DNA of 64,000 nt from an uncultured Gilliamella sp. (GTDB lineage Bacteria; Pseudomonadota; Gammaproteobacteria; Enterobacterales; Orbaceae): NCBI GenBank assembly GCA_946482005.1, contig CAMLPV010000011.1, positions 7,276 through 71,275 of the forward strand. The letters are read 5' to 3'. Every line of letters begins with the position of its first letter. The first letter of the stretch is position 1. The position numbers and the translations under genes were made by a program. Below are positions 33,168 to 44,500 of this stretch, in pieces. The notes below the pieces were generated by a model that saw nothing but the letters and a program-made list of their open reading frames with translations, did no database searches and was not told where the DNA came from.

Positions 33168-34705
33168 ATCATAAAATGTCACCATTATATCTATCAGGTG
33201 CAAAATTAATTGGGCTTATTGTTGCATTGGCAACAGTGGCCTTCTTACAAATTTTAGATTTAACAATTGCCAATGTAGCACTCTCTACTATTGCTGGAAA
33301 CCTAGGAACATCAAGTAGCCAAGCAACATGGGTAATTACATCATTTGCCGTATCCAATGCCATTTCAATTCCTTTATCTGGATGGCTAGCTAAGTACTTT
33401 GGGGAAGTTAAGTTATTTTTGTTTTCAATTTTGTTGTTTGTTTTAGCCTCTTGGTTATGTGGTGTCTCCAACAGCCTTGAAATGTTAATTATTTCACGAG
33501 TACTACAAGGTGCGGTTTCTGGACCAATTATTCCTCTTTCTCAAAGTTTATTATTAGCTAACTCTCCAGATTCCAAAAAAAATATGTCTTTAGCAATATG
33601 GTCGATGACTATTATTATTGCTCCCGTCTGCGGACCTATTTTGGGTGGATGGATAAGTGACAATTTATTTTGGGGCTGGATTTTTTTACTAAATGTGCCA
33701 ATTGGTCTAATAGCATGGATAAGTATTAGAATATTATTAAAAGGACGAGAAACAGAAATAAGTAAATCTCGAATAGATACTATCGGGCTTGCTTTATTAA
33801 TATTTGGTGTTGGTAGTTTACAGCTTATTTTAGATAGAGGAAAAGAACTGGATTGGTTTAATTCATCTGAAATTATTATTTTATCTGTGATAGCGTTAGT
33901 AACACTTTCTTTTTTTGTTCTTTGGGAAATGACATCGAATCATCCTATTGTTGATCTATCTTTATTTAGATCAAGAAATTTTACAGTAGGGACGATTTGC
34001 ATAAGTTTGGCATTTTTGCTACATATAGGAACATTAGTTATGCAACCACAGCTATTACAACGAGTTTTTGGTTATACTGCAACGTGGGCAGGATTAGCAT
34101 TGTCTCCCATCGGTTTAGTTCCTATCGTTCTTGCTCCAATAGTCGGTCGTTTTGTTCCTTATTTAGATATGAGGAAGCTTGTGACTTTTGGTTTCATTGT
34201 TTTTGCTTTGTGCTTTTTTTGGAGAGCTTACTCGTTTGAGCCTAATATGGATTTTTCGAGTTCTGCATGGCCCCAATTCTTTCAAGGATTTGCGATAGCT
34301 TGCTTTGTTATGCCTTTGAATATAATAATTTTAACTGATATACCTTCTCACAAGTTAGCGGCAGCAGGAAGTTTATTTAATTTTTTTAGAACATTATCTA
34401 CTTCCATTGGTACTTCTTTAACAAATTCATTATGGGAACATCGTGAAGCAATTCATCACAACCAACTAACTGATCTAATGAATCAAAATATACAAACGCT
34501 AGAATACACATATCAGCAGTTTCAGTTGCAAGGTTTTTCTGAAACTCAAGCTTCGGCCAAACTAGCACAAAATATTACTAATCAGGGGCTGGTAATCGCA
34601 ACCAACGAAATTTTTTGGCTATATGGAATTATTTTTCTACTATTAATCATAGTTGTTTGGTTTGCCAAATCAACCATTACATCAAAGAATGAAATAGAAA
34701 AATAG
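33164..34705 (+). CDS. EmrB/EmrY-family DHA2 MFS efflux transporter
   Basis: LDLTIANVAL, WVITSF, GPILGGWISDN, DRGKELDWF. Confidence 0.92.
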   Translation: MNHKMSPLYLSGAKLIGLIVALATVAFLQILDLTIANVALSTIAGNLGTSSSQATWVITSFAVSNAISIPLSGWLAKYFGEVKLFLFSILLFVLASWLCGVSNSLEMLIISRVLQGAVSGPIIPLSQSLLLANSPDSKKNMSLAIWSMTIIIAPVCGPILGGWISDNLFWGWIFLLNVPIGLIAWISIRILLKGRETEISKSRIDTIGLALLIFGVGSLQLILDRGKELDWFNSSEIIILSVIALVTLSFFVLWEMTSNHPIVDLSLFRSRNFTVGTICISLAFLLHIGTLVMQPQLLQRVFGYTATWAGLALSPIGLVPIVLAPIVGRFVPYLDMRKLVTFGFIVFALCFFWRAYSFEPNMDFSSSAWPQFFQGFAIACFVMPLNIIILTDIPSHKLAAAGSLFNFFRTLSTSIGTSLTNSLWEHREAIHHNQLTDLMNQNIQTLEYTYQQFQLQGFSETQASAKLAQNITNQGLVIATNEIFWLYGIIFLLLIIVVWFAKSTITSKNEIEK

Positions 34706-34709
34706 TTGG

Positions 34710-35430
34710 TTAGATAAGTACGTAAGTCATAACAAGATTATAATATTTTGAAAAATAAAAATGAACTTCAAAAACTTTATTGATCGGATTACCTACATGT
34801 AATGTATATGTTTTTTTTCTTTGTTTATACCTATGCAAAAAATATCTTTATATGAAAGTGTAATACCAGTTGAGCTAAACGCCTTATATAAACTCTCTTG
34901 GGCTGAAAAATACTAAAGTACTTTAATATGTTATGTCCATTATCATGTCACTGAGAGTAGGGCATTTTAGGATCGTTTGACTTAAATCAATTGCTTTTTG
35001 AGTGGACATTATTTTTTCTATATCAACTTCTATGCTTTGAACCTTATTTGAATGTTTTATTGTAACCGCAGTTACAAAATTATTAGAGTGAGATATTGAA
35101 CCAGCTATGTTTTTAGGCCATAAAACGGCTCCGTTGAAACTTTTTTAGTCTCCAGTAATATTCTCCCTCACGCAATAAGTTTTCTAATGCCATAGCAGAA
35201 AACACTCTACTAGCTAAGAACTCTATTTTTCTCCTTACTGGAATGTATTGAATATCTTTTTTTAATTTTAATGGTAAATCATCAAAATTATTAATATTAA
35301 AATTATCTACTGAAAAATGGCAAAAAGATTGCGAAATATTTTGAGATCCTATAATAAAGTTTTTGGTGATAGGTTTAAAATAGCCAAAAATAGGTTTGTA
35401 TTGTTCTTGATTAACTTTATATATGATATG
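34710..35430 (-). pseudogene. EntD-type 4'-phosphopantetheinyl transferase pseudogene (ends approximate)
   Basis: Hand translation across frameshifts and stops: RKIEFLASR..AL, VLWP, AGSISHS, VDIEK, TLVFSAQESLYKA. Confidence 0.75.
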
Positions 35431-35543
35431 TGTTATCCTTTAGTTAGTTTTAGTTAATCGAATTACGTATATATAGTCTTTACATATGGTTTATGTTACT
35501 GTTTTTGATGGCAAGGATGTTTATTTAGCAAGGATAAAATATC

Positions 35544-36362
35544 ATGTTAGACAATGATTTGTTAGTTAAAGTGCACCGACAAAATTTATCTACATTGCTT
35601 TTTATAAACAATATCACGACGGATTGGCATCGTCACCCTTCTCTTCAATTGACAATATCATTGCACAATATGTCTTTTGAGCTAGAAACACCAGATGAAA
35701 AAAAAGAGGTGTTTGGTTTTATTATTCATTCAAATGTTCCCCATAAACTGCGCGCACCAGATGTCTGTTGTATTAATTTGCTTATTGACCCAGAAGATCC
35801 CTATTATCACTTATTATCGCATTTTACTGAAACTAATCCTGTTTATTTTCTTACTAAAGAAGAAGCATTAAAAATTGCCAGTTATTTTATGAAGTCTGTT
35901 ACTATTAGCCAACCATTTGAGCTTTATCACGTCTATAAGTTATTATGTGAGTCAGATCCTAATTGTTCATGTGATCAAGATAACCGCATTAATAAAGCAG
36001 TCTCTATTATTTCATCATTACCCATAAAGCAAATTTCATCGAGGGAAATCGCCGAAAAAATACACCTTTCTGAAAGTCGCTTTCTTCATCTTTTTCGTTC
36101 TGAGTTGGGTATTAATTTCAGGGGTTACCTATTGTGGAAAAGATTGCAGGATGTAATTGATACACTCGACTCCCATACAACGCTGACAAAATTAGCCAAT
36201 GATATGGGATTTTCTGATTCGGCTCATTTTAGCAGAACATGTTTATCTAGTTTGGGGCTGAGACCATCACAACTGAAACGAGCTTTAATAATTGATAATA
36301 AAGACACTATATGCGGAAAACATTACTGTTTGTACAGCGTATTTCAGGCATTACATACCTAA
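35544..36362 (+). CDS. AraC-family transcriptional regulator
   Basis: Cupin HRHPSLQ; LSESRFLHLF..GFSDSAHFSR. Confidence 0.9.
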   Translation: MLDNDLLVKVHRQNLSTLLFINNITTDWHRHPSLQLTISLHNMSFELETPDEKKEVFGFIIHSNVPHKLRAPDVCCINLLIDPEDPYYHLLSHFTETNPVYFLTKEEALKIASYFMKSVTISQPFELYHVYKLLCESDPNCSCDQDNRINKAVSIISSLPIKQISSREIAEKIHLSESRFLHLFRSELGINFRGYLLWKRLQDVIDTLDSHTTLTKLANDMGFSDSAHFSRTCLSSLGLRPSQLKRALIIDNKDTICGKHYCLYSVFQALHT

Positions 36363-36390
36363 AATACACTGTATTATCGTTTATATACTA

Positions 36391-36970
36391 CTAACTGAAT
36401 ATAAGATTCTTCGTTTCAGAAATATTGACCAAAGATTGCATTTGATTAATCGCAATACCAATGAGTTGTATCAAGCGTTCGCAAGCACTTATACCTTGAT
36501 GAATTAAGACTGAGTTAATACTTTGCAGATTAGATAAAACGACTAATTACTCTAATGTAGCAACATTACTTATGTTTCCTTTTTTGATCAGGATTGGCTT
36601 GTCGCCATTTTGCTGCTGTCATACCAAACAAAGCCATATTCAGTAAGTCTGCTTCACTGGCATACACTCTCCCTGTTTGTGCATTTGTTAATTGTATCGG
36701 AATCAAGTGTTCTTTAATGGCATCTGTATGTATTCGGTAATTGTCCTTTACCAAAGTACCTTGGAAATTCCATTCCAGTGACATTACTTTGGCTTCTTCA
36801 TCTTTAAATCTTTGAAATTCTTTAATTAGATAAGGCTTGAATTCAGGGCTGAGCCATGAGCCGAACTCAAAAGCAATATCTTTATGGGCATAAGTGCCAC
36901 CGTAACGACCTGCCTTGGCTTGTAGGCCAATAGCTCCGGTGAGATCACTCCATTTCTTAGCAGAGAGCTT
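36391..36970 (-). pseudogene. KilA-N domain DNA-binding protein pseudogene (5' truncated)
   Basis: KAGRYGGTYAHKDIAFEFGSWLSPEFK..YASEADLLNMALFG; frameshift at QKR, internal stop, then LVVLSNLQSIN. Confidence 0.85.
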
Positions 36971-37234
36971 GTTTAGATAAAGTATTGGATGGCATTATTA
37001 GCCGATAAATCAACACTATTTGAATAAATTGAAATTTATTATAATCGCATTCGTCATCATTCAGCCAATGGCTGGATATCGCTATAGCAACATGAAAAGC
37101 AGTATTACTTAAATAACAATATTAGAGGGTAAGTACTGCTTAATATTTTGACGAGGATCAGATAGCAATTAGTAAACAAGTAAATTAATCTTAAGCGAAG
37201 ATAGTTCAACAATACATTAATTTACTTCATAATC

Positions 37235-38584
37235 TTATATTTTTTTAGAAAATAATGTTTTTTGATCAGTCGCTAGTTCTGAAGAGTTAATCTCCTCTGT
37301 TATAACAGATTTTAGAGCAACTGCACCAACAGGCAATGCTTTTTCAATAATTAAGTCTGAGCCTTGTTTGGCTAGCCATTGCTGTAATTTGGTAAAATCA
37401 CCACACCAAAGCGTTTCTATATCTTTGTCACGATTATGATCATTTTCAGAAGTCAATTTAACTGCACGTACCTGCATACGCGTCGCCTCTGCTTTACCGG
37501 CTAACTCTATACCATAGCCTGGTGTGGACGGATTGCGTAAAACTAATCGCCCATCTTGCACCCACTGAGTATCCATACCGTGTCGTACTTCATATCCAAG
37601 ACTAGCCAATCCTTGCAAAATGGCTTGTTGTCTGTAAGTCGCTACATTTTTTTCGGTTATTTGTGCTAGCGTTTGTTCACACCTATCAATTAATTCTTTC
37701 AATTGGTTAACATCAATCACATCAAGTGTATTTAGATCAAAATCTAAAGGTTCCATTGTTGTTTGGTGTAATTCGGCTAATAATAATTCTAATTTTGTTT
37801 GTAAAGCTCCACGCTCCTTGGCTTCTTTAACTGCTTGAGCCAAGTCTAATACAAAACTATCAAGCAATAGTTTCTGACGGCTATGTTGTAACTCTTGTTC
37901 AATAACATTTAAACGCTCAATAAATACATCATAAACTTCTTTTCGCTCAAATGATAATTCAGCAAGATAGAGTTCAATTTTATGTATATAAGGGTCTTTT
38001 TGTAATTCAATATTTTGTTTCTCTATCCAGCTTGCAAAAGTTTGCGTAGTGTCATCTTCCACCATACGATTGAGCAAAGCTTTTTGCTTTTGTGAAAGTT
38101 CTGTGGTGTTGTTAGGCTTGAGTAAATTAAAGGCTTTAGTTAAAAGCTGATTAATATTACCCTGATATTTACCTTTAATCGCTTCCTGTAAATCGTTATT
38201 TAATTCATCTGAAAGTACCACTTGTTTATTATTTAATAAATTAACCACAGCTTTGATATTTTCTTTTGCTTGCTTTTCTTCAATTGCTGCTTGGCTTTTT
38301 GATGCTACAATTAATTTTCGGCGTTTTGCAATATCATCTTCGAGAATGGTTATTTCCATCGGTACAAGTTTTTGTATTTCTACGAAACGCTTTACTTTTA
38401 ACATCTGATCAAAGGTTTTTCGTTTTGCAATTGTCTTTTCATAAAACATTTCATCTGTTTCACCCAATTTATCCATTGAGTTTTGCCATTGCTTAATCGA
38501 TTGATCAAGACGGGCTAAATGGCCTTCGCAAGTAGCCGTGACTTCTTCTAGCGTAACAATTTTGACAACTTTTGGCCCACTCAT
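37235..38584 (-). CDS. Hypothetical coiled-coil protein, last gene of AAA/rSAM/kinase-helicase operon
   Basis: 449-aa ORF, MSGPK start, helical middle, alpha/beta C-terminus LGYEV..WCGDF; ATGA overlap with upstream gene. Confidence 0.8.
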   Translation of the reverse strand: MSGPKVVKIVTLEEVTATCEGHLARLDQSIKQWQNSMDKLGETDEMFYEKTIAKRKTFDQMLKVKRFVEIQKLVPMEITILEDDIAKRRKLIVASKSQAAIEEKQAKENIKAVVNLLNNKQVVLSDELNNDLQEAIKGKYQGNINQLLTKAFNLLKPNNTTELSQKQKALLNRMVEDDTTQTFASWIEKQNIELQKDPYIHKIELYLAELSFERKEVYDVFIERLNVIEQELQHSRQKLLLDSFVLDLAQAVKEAKERGALQTKLELLLAELHQTTMEPLDFDLNTLDVIDVNQLKELIDRCEQTLAQITEKNVATYRQQAILQGLASLGYEVRHGMDTQWVQDGRLVLRNPSTPGYGIELAGKAEATRMQVRAVKLTSENDHNRDKDIETLWCGDFTKLQQWLAKQGSDLIIEKALPVGAVALKSVITEEINSSELATDQKTLFSKKI

Positions 38585-41500
38585 TGACTTACCTCTTGTG
38601 TTAATACAGTTTCAACCAACGTTTTTAAACGTTTCTTTTCTTGTTCTTTATTTTCGTACCAATTATGTGATGAAATACGTAAAATATTTGGAATTGCATG
38701 TCTTAAAACCGATTGTCGCCAAATTTCACGAGATCTAGCATGAGTTAATAATGGATTAATAGGCGCATCACATTCAATACCTATGCTGTATAGTTTCGTT
38801 GCTGGATCTTCAATCGCAAAATCTAACGCAAATACTCCATTACCCGATTGACGTTTATATCCTACACCCATAGATTGGATGAAAGCTTCAACATCATCAA
38901 GAAAAGCATCTTGTCTTTTAGTCTCTGCCCTTTCAATAACAAACTGACTATTTCCCACAACCCGATTAAGTAAATCTTTACTATACTCAAAATCACCTTC
39001 TGACAATGCTTTAGCATAGGCTAAATAGCACTGTAAATAATCTCTAGGCGTAGTTGGGATCTGTTTGCCAGATAACATGTCAGAAATATCGCCTATTGGC
39101 ATTGATGAGACTAAAACTACTTTTTTACGGGCCCTTGTAATGGCCACATTAAGCCTTCTTTCACCACCTTGTTGGCCTAATACACCGAAATTGCGTCTAA
39201 ATATTCCTTTCTCATTGCACCCAAAAGTTGTCGAAAACACAATAATATCTCGTTCATCTCCTTGAACATTTTCAACATTTTTAATAAAAATCGACATATC
39301 TTCGCCGTTATCTACCCGTTGATTTTCTTCTTTATAGATGGTGGCAAACGTTTTATCTTGAGCTGCTTTTTCATAAAATATCTTCTCAATTAAATCAGCC
39401 TGTTTTTTATTAAATGTAACGACTCCTATAGAAGGGCGCTTGCTCGATGACTGCTGCCAAATTTCGGACACAACTTGAACAACTGTATTGGCTTCTTTTG
39501 GATTTGTCTGCTGTTCATATACACCATTTGCCCATATATACTCTATAGGCTGAGCTTGTTTAATTGTGTTTAAAGGGTGACGAACTGGTATATTTAATTG
39601 ATTCATATAAAAAGCGGCATTCGAAAAATCAATTAACTCTCTATATGCCGAACGATAATGAATTTGTAAGCTCGTTGTAGGTAGCACCGAACGAGCAAGT
39701 TGCAATAAATCAGGACAATCCATAATTTCTTTTGAGTTCCATTGGCCTTGCAATACTTCTTGCTGTTCTTCATTGGTTAATTCAGTATTTAAATTTAGAT
39801 CTAAATCTTCCTCAAGTTCTACTTGTGCACTAAAGAAAGAGCTAGGTGGCATTTGTTTTTCATCCCCACTAACGATCGCCACTTTACCTCGGTAAAGTGA
39901 GGGTATTGCATACTCGACAGGCATTTGTGAAGCCTCATCAAAAATAACCACATCAAACAAACCTGCCTTTAGAGGTAATAGCCGACTCACAATATCAGGA
40001 TTCATTAACCAAATAGGTCTTAAACTCATAAGACCTAAAGGCTCACCTTGCTCAACAAACTCTCGTAATCTTCTCGCACGTTGCCCTGTTAATCGTGTAA
40101 TATCCTCCCATTCTCTAGCACTCGCCAACTTGTCGACAGGAATATTGTGCCTAAACAGAATGTTATTTAACTCTCGTATCTCTTCATCTGCAGTTGCTAA
40201 AGACTCAATTTGTTGTTGTATTTCATCCGCATTGGTTAGCAGTACAGGGTTATCTTGCTCAATACGCGTTTTCCATGTCTGTTTAGCCTCATAATTTAAT
40301 AGTTGTCTAAAACTTTTATCAAGCTCTGTAACAGGTAAACAATTTAAGTCCTCCTGATAGAACCTTAAACGTTCAAACAATTTAATCGCTTTAGCTGATA
40401 GTTGCGGGACTCGTTTTCTAAAATATTGGTAAGCTTCAAGGGTATCAAGAACACGGTTAATTTCTATCAGCAACAGAGATGAAACTTCATTTTTTTCGAT
40501 GGCAGTTTTGCAGTATTCATAAAGTGTATCTTCAAAATAACTCACTAACGGCAACAGTGCCTCTAGGGAAGTTTTACGTGATTCATATCTTTCAAAAGCG
40601 GCATTATAATCATTTAATAAGTGTTCAAATGCTACTTTACTTTGTAAAACTGATTTTTCAACTTCTTCACAGTGAGGAGCAGCCATAATCCTTTCAGCCC
40701 ATTTTTTCACCTCCTGCAAACCTGTTACTATTTCACTAACGATATTTTTTATATTTAGATTTGTACGATTATCAGGCACAGGCAATTGCAGTTTAGCGCA
40801 TATAGCCTGTATTTCTTGACGTATTGGGCGATATTCCTGCTCAAGCACTAATGCATTATAGAGTTTAGGAATACTCTCTAAATTTGGCAATTCTCCTTGT
40901 AATGCTAAAAATGCTAATAACGATCGCTTTGTTTTATAACGTTTAATACTTAAGAAACTATACCAAGGTTTAGGCATTACCATCAGCCTTGCTTTGTCTG
41001 ATAAATCATTTAATACATCAGACTCTAACAAGCAAAGTTTAAGCGATAAATCACACCAACTGCTTTCATTTAATAATGCTAAGCGCTCTTGCAGTAAAGT
41101 CAGTTGGTTAATCAGTAAATCACTTTCTAACTCAGCAGAAGCATTTGCATTCGGCTTAAACAGAGGCAACCATTTTACTAACCGCGATCGGATACTTTCT
41201 GAAATTGTTAGAAAATGATTTCCCTCGGTTTCAATCCATTGCTGGTAGGGTTTTGGATTGTCTATCTCAAATCGAGCTCTACTACTCAACTTATCTATTC
41301 TTAGCTGCTCGACAGTTAAAAAATAGGTAAAGAATTTTTTAAAATCTTCCAGCGTCGCTAAATCATGGGAAAAAGCTTTTAAATGGATTAATGGGCTATT
41401 TTCATAACAGGCAGGCAACCAAAAACGCACTATCGGCGCACACTCATTTTCTAAAGCCAGTAACTGTTGTGGATTGCAATCACTCACCACTGATCTTAAT

Positions 41501-44500
41501 TGAGGTGCCGCAAATAACTTATAGTATTTATTAATGCCAATTAATTCAGCAATCAACTCTCTATAACTTAACCATATTTGAGGGTCTTGTTGATGTAACG
41601 CCTCATGATAACTATCTAAACGATTTTCTAAATCTGTAATTTTTGCTGCAACTTGCTTACGTTTTTCGATCCAATCTGTTCTTTTAGGAGATTTAAATAA
41701 TAGATCCAGTTGTTCTCGTATACTATTTATCACCGTATTTCTATCCGCATTAATATCATTGATCATGATACTGCGTGCATCTAGCCCTTCGGCGGCTAAT
41801 CGTTTATAGACAACTTCTAAGGCAGCTTTTTTCTGGCAAACAATCAATACGGTTTTATTTCGACCAATAGCATCTCCCACCATATTTACAATTGTCTGAC
41901 TTTTTCCTGTCCCAGGAGGACCTTCAATTAGGAGTCCTGATTCTTGTCGTGCTTGCAAAACGGCATTTTCTTGAGAAGGGTCACTAGCCACCGAAAAATA
42001 ACGTTCTAACTCTACAGGCTTTTCAGGAATCTCAGCAAATGCTTGATAAGGTTTCAAACGTAATGCTGTTTCTAATGCGGTATTAACTGGTGATAATTTC
42101 TTTAAACGGTTAAGTTCTTCACCAATAGATTGACCTAAGAAATTAACATCAAATAAGACAGCTGAACATGCAAAGCACACTTCACCACGTTCAGTATCAA
42201 CGTTAATAGGTAGATTTTGTACTTGTTGAGACAATACACGCCCCAAAGCAGTCAATGCATCCATGACCTCAAGTGTCGTCAGAGCAGATCTGGATAATAA
42301 CTCATCTATAACGCTTTGCCACCCCTCATACAAGGTCTTTCCTAACATGCCTTCTAATGCAGGATTAACCCTAATTTCTTCACGTTCATTATCAAAGGCT
42401 AAAGTGATACGATTGCGAACTCCCATATCATAATTAAGCTTAATGGGCCAGAGTAATAGCGGAGCAATACGAGGTAATCGATAATTATTAGGTTCTTGAT
42501 AAAGTAAAAATGGAAATCCCATATATAACCCATCAATACCCGTATCTCTTTTATAGAGATTAGATTGACGGTATAAATTATTCAACTGATACTCAATAAG
42601 ACTATTGGCTTGAAAAGCAGCCACATCAATGGCTTGCTGTCGGCTATTACGCTGTACAATATGATCTAACAACTTATTAGCGGGTGTTATTTCCGTACCC
42701 AATAAATTAATATCGACACGCCCAGTGTACATTCCTAGGTGCATTCTCACCAAAGGACCTTGCAATATAGAGGTAGTGGCTTTTTTATGAAAGAAATCTA
42801 TAACCTGATAGGTATACTGACGTTTATGTGGTTTAACCCATTTTTCAAGCCCAATACTTAATAAAACCAACAATCTCGTTAATGGCATGCGCTTTTCAAG
42901 ACGGTATTGCTCTACCCATTGATCGACTTCATCCAAGTCTGTACTGGCAAATCCCTCTATCCTTTCATTTAGCTGTTGATAAAGCGTTAAACGAGGCTGC
43001 ACGATCAACGTTCTTAACGCATTATCATCCATATCAAGATTAAATTTTTTTCCTAGTGAGAGTGATTCTTTAACTACAGTATCTAATGATTTAAACTGCC
43101 CAAGTTCAGCGCTAAGTAAAACAATTAAATCTTCTTCGCTAATGGTTCGTCTCTCTAATAATGACATTAGCCCTGCGTTATTCGCATCTGGAAACAAGGC
43201 ACTTTTTTCCGACCATATTGCTGCTAATTGGGCTCTTGACGCTGATAACAAATGGATCTTTAAAACTTCTTCATCAAGTTTTATTTGTAAGTTTAATGCA
43301 CGCTGGCGAACCATATTCGCACGCTCATGTAAACGCCATAACCACACCTCAGATTCTTTTAGTATGCTTGGAATATCACCTGTAATAAGCTGGTAACCAT
43401 CACTAGGGTGTTGCAGTAACCAATTTGGCGTTACAATATCACCGACTAGAATGAGAGGAATATCTGGATTTAAAATCTTTAACACCACCATCAATTGCAT
43501 ATCTGGTGTTAAATCCTGTTTACGCATAACCTCTCTTATGGAAGCTAAATTTGTTGCGTCGTAAGCTGTTTGCTCTAACCATGTCACTAAATTTCCTCGA
43601 GATAAAAGCTCAACCGCTTCCTGCCAATTAACAGGATTTGCCGCATTTAACGCAAATAATTTAATTCTATAGTAGTTTTTTCCACCTAAGGAAATGCTTT
43701 TATCAAGATCAATGTCTTGTGCAGTCGGTTGCACAATTTCTGCCGTCTCTACAGGCTCGCCATTAATCCATGCTTGGACTTCAGGCCATTGCCAACGCTG
43801 ATGGTGGTCTTTAGTCAACAGTCCTCTTAATAATAATTGTAACCGAGGGTCTAAAGTGGTTGGAATATCTATACCATTGGCCAATACCTGAATAATAAAT
43901 GCTTGTGTATTGATGCCTTCAAAGCATTTACCTTGTGTCAATTGCTCCAGTAGAATAATACCCAAACTCCACCAGTCGGAAGCGACACTCACACCGCCTG
44001 CCACGACTTCTGGCGCGGTATAAAAAGTAGTCGCTAAAGGTGATGTAACTTCTAAATCAAATTCGGAAAGTCTTGCCGACCCAAACCCTGTGATCACTAA
44101 ATCCAAAGGTTCTTTGGTTCGTACTAATAAATTATTCGGTCTTAAATCACAATGACGTAAACCTGCTGCAGTAAAAGCATTCAGAGCTTGACCTAGCTCT
44201 GTTAGAACATGGCGAATAGTATCCATGTCATTAATGACCATACCAAGGTCAGCTAATACTCCACCAGTTAATTCTTCTGCCACAACGTAAGCTTGATCGT
44301 TCCAACGGCCTTTACAAATAATTTCCGGCACATGCTCACGAGGAAGATTACGTAAAACCTCATATACATCAATATTGGGTTCATAACCAGCATGATAAAG
44401 TGTTAAGACTGCACGTTTTTCATCTTTCAATCTTTTAACCAAATAACGTTCACGCACTCCATCCGTTTGGCCAATAAGTTGCAGTAACTGCCAATTATCA

